Below are positions 17,613 through 24,000 of a DNA stretch of 24,000 nt, piece after piece (within the stretch, counting starts at the first letter, position 1; the number at the start of each line of letters is the position of its first letter). The notes beneath the pieces are model-generated. The model searched no databases. It was given only the letters and a program-made list of their open reading frames with translations, and was not told the DNA's origin. Origin of the DNA: Peribacillus simplex. Its GTDB lineage: Bacteria; Bacillota; Bacilli; Bacillales; DSM-1321. The translations under genes were made by a program, and so were the position numbers. The stretch spans positions 1,993,077-2,017,076 of the forward strand of contig NZ_CP126106.1 of assembly GCF_030123325.1 (NCBI RefSeq). The letters are read 5' to 3'.

Positions 17613-17730
17613 TTATGGCAGGAATGGATTAGTTGCTAAAAGGGGGTGATATAAATAATAAAATCATGACAAGGAAAATGGTTCAGCATGTCTATTAAAA
17701 ACAAAGGAGTGTATTCCAATAAAAATTAAA

Positions 17731-18444
17731 GTGATCATGCCAGTTATATCGGATATTTTTAATGAAGAAATTAGAAAAGAGATTAAATCTTATGTTTCTG
17801 AAAGCACTGAAGTAGGAGTTTGCAACCTTGATTATGGACCTGAATCAATTGAAAGCGAATATGATGAAGCACTATGTATACCTAATTTCCTGGAAAAAGC
17901 AAAGCAGGCTGAAGAAGAGGGGTATCAGGGTGTAATCAGTGATTGTTTTGGAGATCCGGGTGTGAAGCCTGCAAGAGAAATATTGGATATTCCCGTTGTT
18001 GGGCCGTGTGAGTCCTCCATGCTTGTTGCGAGCTCACTGGCAAAATCCTTTTCGATTGTAACGGTGCTGCCCAATGTTGTGCCCATGATTGAAAATATAA
18101 GTAAAACTCTAGGTGTGGATGGGAATGTCGCCTCCATTAGATATGTGAATATTCCTGTTCTGGAAGTTCAAGACAAGGAAAAGTTAAAAAGTGCGTTGTT
18201 TGAAGAAATGATAAAGGCGATTGAACATGACAATGCCCATGCTTTAGTGTTAGGGTGTACAGGCTTTATGGGTGTTGCAGCGGAGCTTCAGGAACGATTA
18301 TCGCAAAATGGTTATGATGTTCCGGTTATTGATCCCGCATTTGCAGCTACAAAGATGCTTGAAATTTTAATTGCTATGGGGGTTAAACAAAGCCGCTTGA
18401 CCTACATGACTCCACCTTCTAAACAGAGAACAAAAAGTTCATAA
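17731..18444 (+). CDS. Asp/Glu/hydantoin racemase family protein (HyuE-like hydantoin racemase); true start probably upstream at a non-canonical codon
   Basis: Two catalytic-Cys contexts, SDCFGDPG and LGCTGF. The conservative GTG start is listed, but the only SD (AAAGGAG, 17703-17709) lies 9 nt before in-frame ATA 17719, which would give the family-typical (M)KIKVI N-terminus. Confidence 0.8.
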   Translation: MIMPVISDIFNEEIRKEIKSYVSESTEVGVCNLDYGPESIESEYDEALCIPNFLEKAKQAEEEGYQGVISDCFGDPGVKPAREILDIPVVGPCESSMLVASSLAKSFSIVTVLPNVVPMIENISKTLGVDGNVASIRYVNIPVLEVQDKEKLKSALFEEMIKAIEHDNAHALVLGCTGFMGVAAELQERLSQNGYDVPVIDPAFAATKMLEILIAMGVKQSRLTYMTPPSKQRTKSS

Positions 18445-18593
18445 ACTTTTTTGAAGAAAACGAAAACACCGAATCTTGTAAAGTGAATTAACGGAATATT
18501 CAGGATATTTAAGATTCAATATAGCTTGAAAAAGGCAGGGAAATCTCCAAGTTGATCGATAAAGCTGAGGAGTAATTCATAGGGGGTGAGTTT

Positions 18594-19913
18594 ATGGAAG
18601 ATCGTACAAAGTTGGGAGACGATTACTCTCTATCGAGAGTTCCACAAAATGCGAGATTGCCAATGTGGGATATCATGATTGTCAGAGTCGGTGCCCTGGC
18701 TACACTTTCTCAATTTATGCTAGGAGCGGCGTTAGGATACGGAATGACTTTTTGGCAGGCGTTTTGGGCCATGATGTTTGGAAGTGTCATTTTACAAGTT
18801 ATAAGTTTTCTAATCGGTTATGCCGGTGCACGTGAAGGGCTTTCAACTAGTTTATTGTCGCGTTGGACAGGATTCGGCAGGTATGGTTCGAGTATCATTG
18901 GCGCGGTCATTGCTTTTTGTACAATTGGCTGGTTTGTAGTACAGAACACTGTTTTTGCTAATGGATTGGTCGAAGCCACCGACGGTAAATTGACCCTCCC
19001 AATTGCAGCTGCCATTACCGGATTAGGTGTAACGGTGCTGGTTATATTTGGTTTCAAGCTATTGAGCATGACAGCCAAAATTACCGTTCCTGCCTTTCTA
19101 TTGGTGGTAGGGATTGGCATCTATCAAGTTCTTAGTGATCATTCCATTTTCAGTTTAATGGGAACGCCGCCTCCGGGAGAGAGTCTTTCTCTGGGAGTGG
19201 GTGCAACAATGGTTGCTGGAGGATTCATTATTGGTGCCGTAATCACACCTGACTTCAGTCGGTTTGCCCGAAATGGTAAGGATGTTTTTTGGATGACTAC
19301 CATTGGTACGCTAGTGGGTGAACTTGGGGTGGGAATGATCGCTGTGTTAATGGCCCATGCAGCAAAAACGAGCGATGTCGTCAGCATCATGCTACAAACG
19401 TCTGGCTGGCTTGGCGCTGCAGTTGTCGTTTTTTCCACAGTGAAAATTAATAACGTAAATTTATATTCCTCTTCTCTTGGCTTTACTAATATTTTCGATT
19501 CTGTTTTTAAGGTCAAGATGAATCGAGGACTCGTTACACTTGTAATTGGTGCTATCGGCACTTTGCTTTCCATTATGGGCATTCTCGATAGATTTGTAGA
19601 CTTCCTTGTTTTACTTGGAATCATGATACCTCCAATAGCCGGAATTATGGTGGTTGATTACTTCGTGCTTAGAACGTATCGAAAAGCCCTTGATGAAAGC
19701 AGGGAAAAAGGAACATTGCCATCTGATCCTGAAAAATTGAATCCAGTTACATTAGTTGCCTGGGCAGCAGGATTTGCAAGTGGCTATTTCATTACAGTTG
19801 GCATACCATCTATCAATTCCCTTCTAATAAGCGGCATTATCTATTACGCAGGTGTGTTATTCACAAAAGCCATCAAAGGGAAAAAAGAGAATAGGGATCA
19901 TATCGCATCATAA
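18594..19913 (+). CDS. NCS1-family permease (purine-cytosine/hydantoin permease type, CodB/Mhp1-like)
   Basis: 439 aa, 12 TM segments. The N-terminal SRVPQNARLPMWDIMIVRVG...LGAALG pattern matches cytosine-permease-like NCS1 proteins. RBS AGGGGGTGA. Confidence 0.8.
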   Translation: MEDRTKLGDDYSLSRVPQNARLPMWDIMIVRVGALATLSQFMLGAALGYGMTFWQAFWAMMFGSVILQVISFLIGYAGAREGLSTSLLSRWTGFGRYGSSIIGAVIAFCTIGWFVVQNTVFANGLVEATDGKLTLPIAAAITGLGVTVLVIFGFKLLSMTAKITVPAFLLVVGIGIYQVLSDHSIFSLMGTPPPGESLSLGVGATMVAGGFIIGAVITPDFSRFARNGKDVFWMTTIGTLVGELGVGMIAVLMAHAAKTSDVVSIMLQTSGWLGAAVVVFSTVKINNVNLYSSSLGFTNIFDSVFKVKMNRGLVTLVIGAIGTLLSIMGILDRFVDFLVLLGIMIPPIAGIMVVDYFVLRTYRKALDESREKGTLPSDPEKLNPVTLVAWAAGFASGYFITVGIPSINSLLISGIIYYAGVLFTKAIKGKKENRDHIAS

Positions 19914-19940
19914 TTTTTGAAAATCGGGGGTTGTGAGAAA

Positions 19941-21035
19941 ATGAGGAGATTAGGTAAACAGGAAATTGAAGATATAGCAGTAGGTGCGGCTTTACTCGGA
20001 ACGGGTGGAGGAGGAGATCCTTACATTGGTAAACTAATGGCTTTACAGGCAATTGAAGAATACGGGGAAATCACATTGTTGGATGTGGATGAAGTTCCTG
20101 ATGACGCACTAGTAGTTCCTTCCGCGATGATGGGGGCACCGACGGTAATGTTGGAAAAAGCTCCAAGTGGTGAAGAGGCAACAGCCGCTTTCAAAAACCT
20201 CGAAGCTTATTTAGGAAAAAAGATTTTTGCAACGATGCCGATTGAAGCAGGCGGAGTGAATTCGATGGTGCCACTTGCACTTGCTGCCAAACTTGGCTTG
20301 CCTGTAGTGGATGTTGATGGAATGGGAAGAGCATTCCCCGAATTGCAGATGGTCACTTTTTATTTGGATGGAATTGCAGCCACTCCGATGGTTCTTGCGG
20401 ATGAGAAAGGCAATACGTCACTGCTCTCAACCATAAACAATGTTTGGACGGAAAGGATTGCCCGTGCCGCAACGATTGAAATGGGCGGTTCCACCATGAC
20501 AGCCATCTATCCAATGACAGGAAAGAATATAAAGGAAAGCGGAATTAGAAATATACTAAGTTTAGAAGAACAAATCGGCAAGACAATAAGGCTTGCAAAG
20601 CAAAACAATGTTGATCCAATAAAAGAAGTGTTGAATAAGGCGGACGGGTTTGAATTGTTCCGTGGAAAAGTGAGTGATATCAACCGCAAGACAGAGGCGG
20701 GATTTGCTAGAGGTGTGGCAACATTCGAGGGAATCAATGAGTATAAGGGAGAAAAACTCGAGGTGCGATTCCAAAATGAACATTTAATTGCACAGACAGA
20801 GAAACGCTTGCTTTGTGTCACTCCAGATTTGATTGCGGTGCTTGATGCAGAAACAGGCTTGCCAATCACTACTGAAGGGATCAGATATGGAGCAAGATGC
20901 GTGGTGATCGGAATGCCATGCCATCCTAAGTGGCGAACGGAAAAGGGAATTGAAGCTGTAGGCCCAAGATACTTTGGCTATGAAGTTGGTTATGTACCTA
21001 TTGAAGAACTAGTGAAAAAAGGAGGGATAGCATAA
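19941..21035 (+). CDS. DUF917-family protein (function uncertain)
   Basis: N-terminal IAVGAALLGTGGGGDPYIG, then EAGGVNS and VDGMGRAFPE blocks, as I recall for DUF917. ATG 19941 is preferred to the TTG at 19917. The stop overlaps the next gene's start. Confidence 0.7.
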   Translation: MRRLGKQEIEDIAVGAALLGTGGGGDPYIGKLMALQAIEEYGEITLLDVDEVPDDALVVPSAMMGAPTVMLEKAPSGEEATAAFKNLEAYLGKKIFATMPIEAGGVNSMVPLALAAKLGLPVVDVDGMGRAFPELQMVTFYLDGIAATPMVLADEKGNTSLLSTINNVWTERIARAATIEMGGSTMTAIYPMTGKNIKESGIRNILSLEEQIGKTIRLAKQNNVDPIKEVLNKADGFELFRGKVSDINRKTEAGFARGVATFEGINEYKGEKLEVRFQNEHLIAQTEKRLLCVTPDLIAVLDAETGLPITTEGIRYGARCVVIGMPCHPKWRTEKGIEAVGPRYFGYEVGYVPIEELVKKGGIA

Positions 21036-22615
21036 TGGGTGTTTATCGAATAGGAATTGATGTCGGGGGAACCCATACAGATGCAGTGCTTTTAGATCAA
21101 TATAATCAGGTCATTTCGGAAACGAAATCGCATACAACGGAGGATGTTTTCATTGGCATCTATACAGCAATGAGAAAAATAATCGATGATGCAAAGGTTC
21201 CGGTGGAGCAAATTAAGTATGCAATGCTCGGTACGACCCATTGTACAAATGCTATCGTTGAACGAAAGAGATTAAACAAAATCGCAGCAATCCGTATTGG
21301 TGCACCGGCTACTTTAGCAGTTAAACCGCTGATTGGCGTACCTGAAGACCTCTGCGCAGTACTCGGAAAATACGTATACCTAATCCGCGGCGGACATGAA
21401 TATGATGGCCGTGAGATTGTTGAATTAGATGAAGCCCGTTTGTATGAAATTGCAGAAGAAATCAATGGGAAAGTGGATTCCATCGCGATTACATCTGTCT
21501 TCTCACCTGTATCGCAAACACATGAACAAAGAGCAAGTGAAATTTTCAAAGAAGTGCTGGGAGAAGAAATTTCAATTTCTTTATCTTCAGAAATTGGTTC
21601 AGTCGGTTTACTGGAAAGGGAAAATGCGACGATTCTTAATGCTGCTGTCGTAAATGTCGCTAAAACGACTGCTGACGGATTCATCAATGCCCTGAAGAAT
21701 GAAGGAATTGAGGCAAAAGTATTCTTTTGCCAAAACGATGGGACATTAATGTCAATTGAATATGCGGTTAAATACCCAATCTTCACTGTTGCTTGCGGTC
21801 CGACTAACTCATTAAGGGGAGCATCCTATTTGAGTGAGTTAACAGATGCAATCGTTGTTGATGTTGGGGGGACAACAACAGATATTGGTGTTCTAGTTCA
21901 ATCGTTTCCAAGGGAATCTTCTTTGGCAGTAGAGATTGGAGGAGCCAGAACAAACTTCCGGATGCCTGATTTAATTTCGATTGGACTTGGCGGAGGGACA
22001 ATAATCCGCATAGAAGATAATGGAGAGTTCACAATTGGACCCGATAGTGTCGGTTACCGACTGCCAGAAAAATCCTTGATTTTCGGAGGTGATACTTTAA
22101 CGACAACTGATGTTGCTGTGGCTCTTGGTAAGGTGGAACTTGGGGATGCTTCAAAAGTGGCTCACCTTGATAAGGAATTATTAAATAGAGTCTATTTAAA
22201 TATGGTCAATCTGGTCGAAGAAGCCATTGATAAGATGAAAACAAGTGCTGCACCAGTGCCTGTCATTCTCGTTGGAGGTGGAAGCATCCTTTTACCTGAG
22301 GAATTAAAAGGTGCATCTGAAGTCATACGCCCGTTACATTCAGGTGTAGCAAATGCCATTGGGTCGGCTATCTCACAGGTTAGCGGACAGATTGAAAAAG
22401 TATATGCACTAGCTGAAATAGGAAGGGAAACAGCATTGGAACAGGCAAAGGAAATAGCGATGTCAGAAGCGATCAGCGCCGGAGCCGATCCCGAAACGCT
22501 TGTTATTGTTGATATAGAAGATGTACCTTTAGCGTATATGCCTGGGAATGCAACCCGTATTCGTGTGAAAGCAGCTGGTGATTTAGCCCAGACTGAAATG
22601 AATGAACTGGTGTAG
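21035..22615 (+). CDS. Hydantoinase/oxoprolinase A-type (HyuA-like, ASKHA ATPase fold) protein, short form, 526 aa
   Basis: N-terminal YRIGIDVGGTHTDAVLL and internal VVDVGGTTTDIGVL are the two ASKHA phosphate-binding loops of Hydant_A_N/Hydantoinase_A proteins. Its ATG overlaps the DUF917 stop (ATAATG). Confidence 0.8.
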   Translation: MGVYRIGIDVGGTHTDAVLLDQYNQVISETKSHTTEDVFIGIYTAMRKIIDDAKVPVEQIKYAMLGTTHCTNAIVERKRLNKIAAIRIGAPATLAVKPLIGVPEDLCAVLGKYVYLIRGGHEYDGREIVELDEARLYEIAEEINGKVDSIAITSVFSPVSQTHEQRASEIFKEVLGEEISISLSSEIGSVGLLERENATILNAAVVNVAKTTADGFINALKNEGIEAKVFFCQNDGTLMSIEYAVKYPIFTVACGPTNSLRGASYLSELTDAIVVDVGGTTTDIGVLVQSFPRESSLAVEIGGARTNFRMPDLISIGLGGGTIIRIEDNGEFTIGPDSVGYRLPEKSLIFGGDTLTTTDVAVALGKVELGDASKVAHLDKELLNRVYLNMVNLVEEAIDKMKTSAAPVPVILVGGGSILLPEELKGASEVIRPLHSGVANAIGSAISQVSGQIEKVYALAEIGRETALEQAKEIAMSEAISAGADPETLVIVDIEDVPLAYMPGNATRIRVKAAGDLAQTEMNELV

Positions 22616-22813
22616 CAGGCAGGGGTTTGTAAATTTTACTGTGCAGAGGGAGCTTTACTTTTTTCAGTAAGTGGAAAAGGCAAGGCGCTATGCTAACACA
22701 GATAAATAAGCTTATACACTAACTTGTTTGCCGAATTACATTGAATATAAATGTTTTTGATTGGCGATAATTATATTAATGTACTACCCCCTAAGTGGTA
22801 CTCCTCCATTGTT

Positions 22814-22846
22814 AAAAGCCCCTCTCTTAATCGAGGGGCTTTTTTT
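22814..22846. terminator. Bidirectional terminator (ends the hyu-like operon and the convergent membrane-protein gene)
   Basis: AAAAGCCCCTC / GAGGGGCTTTT stem with flanking A- and T-runs. Confidence 0.8.
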
Positions 22847-22893
22847 GTGTCGGGAATTGTTAAATAAATTTGTAGGAGCTTTTTGGACTGCAT

Positions 22894-23361
22894 TTAGATT
22901 GAATTGGATTTTTTATACTTCTGTCCAACCAAAAATATCAGCGGTGAACCTATAATGCTTGGAAGAAACCAAAAAATTAATGGGTTCCATTCATTCAAGA
23001 AAGTTATATTGGGTACATTCACTACAAGAATGGCAGTACAAATGGCGATATAGGAACCGAGCATCCCGCTAATATGGGATGCAATCCAGTTTTTCCATTT
23101 CTTCTTACCAGCAAGATAGCCTATAAATGCGAAAGAATATGAAAATATTCCAATGAAAAATAAATATGCGCTGCTTTCCCAATTCAATATTGCCATTGTC
23201 AGGGATGTGACAAAGAGTACAACATATGCACTGTGATATATTTCACCACAAATTGAATGCATACCTCTTTTTTTATTTGAAGACATAGCACCTATTCCAC
23301 TAACAAGACATATTGCTCCAGCGAAAATATGAATGAATAGAATGATCTGAAAGATAAGCAT
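22894..23361 (-). CDS. Hypothetical integral membrane protein (155 aa, about 4-5 TM)
   Basis: Full ORF with a hydrophobic segment pattern. No family recognised. Confidence 0.6.
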   Translation of the reverse strand: MLIFQIILFIHIFAGAICLVSGIGAMSSNKKRGMHSICGEIYHSAYVVLFVTSLTMAILNWESSAYLFFIGIFSYSFAFIGYLAGKKKWKNWIASHISGMLGSYIAICTAILVVNVPNITFLNEWNPLIFWFLPSIIGSPLIFLVGQKYKKSNSI

Positions 23362-23705
23362 CTTTCCTTTCGTTAAATAATCATTATCATAACGTAACAG
23401 ATTAAATATTTATTTTATTATAATACAAATATTTACCAAAATATGAATGTTATTTTGCAAAGAACAAAATCAATTTAGTTATGGAAGATGAGTTTCAAAA
23501 TACAATGGAACATCCTTTGCAAAAAGGGTTCAGGCGCTGTTTTTGTTGCGGAAAGCCGTCAGTGAATCCGTTTTTTTTGTTAATTTTTATCTTTTGTACA
23601 AAGGCAGTGCCCGCTCAAATAGGCAGTATGCGTGGTCCTTTTTAAGGATAAAGGAGGATTTTTCGTTTCATTTGAAGAATGTTTTGGGGAATGGGGGTGG
23701 ATTAT

Positions 23706-24000
23706 TTGCGACAACATATTGAACAGGACTTATCTAAAGATGATATTTTTAAAATGATCGTTAAGCACCTTGATGTATTTCCGTTGACTAGTCTAGAGGC
23801 TATTAGAGAAGTGATCAGAAGTTCATTAAAACAAAGAGGCTTGATAGGGGGGATGAATAAACAATCAGGAGCCGCTAATGTAGCATATAACCGGAAAATA
23901 TCAGACCAGGATATCCAGTTATTAAATGATTGTATTTGTGAGCTTTTATATAGCCGCATTATCCAACCTGGTATTAATGAAGTTAATCAGGATTTACCAT
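23706..24000 (+). CDS. Hypothetical protein, N-terminal 98 codons, continues past the window end; absent from the ORF track
   Basis: The frame is open from stop 23673-23675 to base 24000. TTG 23706 lies 8 nt after a GGGGG(TGG) SD; alternative ATG starts are 23679 and 23691. Translation LRQHIEQDLSKDDIFKMIVKHLDVFPLTSLEAIREVIRSSLKQRGLIGGMNKQSGAANVAYNRKISDQDIQLLNDCICELLYSRIIQPGINEVNQDLP looks protein-like. Confidence 0.55.
   Translation, partial: MRQHIEQDLSKDDIFKMIVKHLDVFPLTSLEAIREVIRSSLKQRGLIGGMNKQSGAANVAYNRKISDQDIQLLNDCICELLYSRIIQPGINEVNQDLP

Noticed and set aside
23483-23647. 54-codon ORF (MEDEFQNTMEHPLQKGFRRCFCCGK...)
   Set aside because: No RBS upstream of its ATG, and the sequence runs through T-rich intergenic DNA. 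Probably not translated.
23702-23959. 85-aa minus-strand ORF
   Set aside because: Its sequence looks like the antisense shadow of the better-supported + strand ORF, and it has no SD.

Overview
Visibly AT-rich, Bacillaceae-style segment (strong GGAGG-type ribosome binding sites, TTG/GTG starts, hairpin plus T-run terminators) that reads as an accessory metabolic region. From left to right it contains: the right end of an IS3-family insertion sequence; two small membrane proteins (DoxX-like, YitT-like) flanking an orphan terminator and an 11-unit degenerate ~21-bp tandem array; a DHA2 MFS efflux pump; an E. coli-type fructoselysine (Amadori product) operon frlC-frlA / frlB-[insert]-frlD-frlR, with a ~345-bp GC-rich, palindrome-bounded MITE-like insert between frlB and frlD; a DinB gene plus a 54-aa zinc-ribbon gene too short for the ORF track; a class-III aminotransferase, RpiR regulator, amino-acid permease and C-N hydrolase module; and a tetR / hydantoin-racemase / NCS1 permease / DUF917 / HyuA-like operon. 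The window ends in a membrane protein and an open + strand ORF that is absent from the ORF track. The best candidate for an undescribed system is the operon at 17.0-22.6 kb. It has an ATP-hydantoinase A-type protein with no B subunit, translationally coupled to a DUF917 protein. Together with the upstream nitrilase-superfamily hydrolase and aminotransferase it could form a complete but uncharacterised cyclic-amide/ureide catabolic route. All family assignments rest on reading the translations and on recalled motifs. No database search was run.
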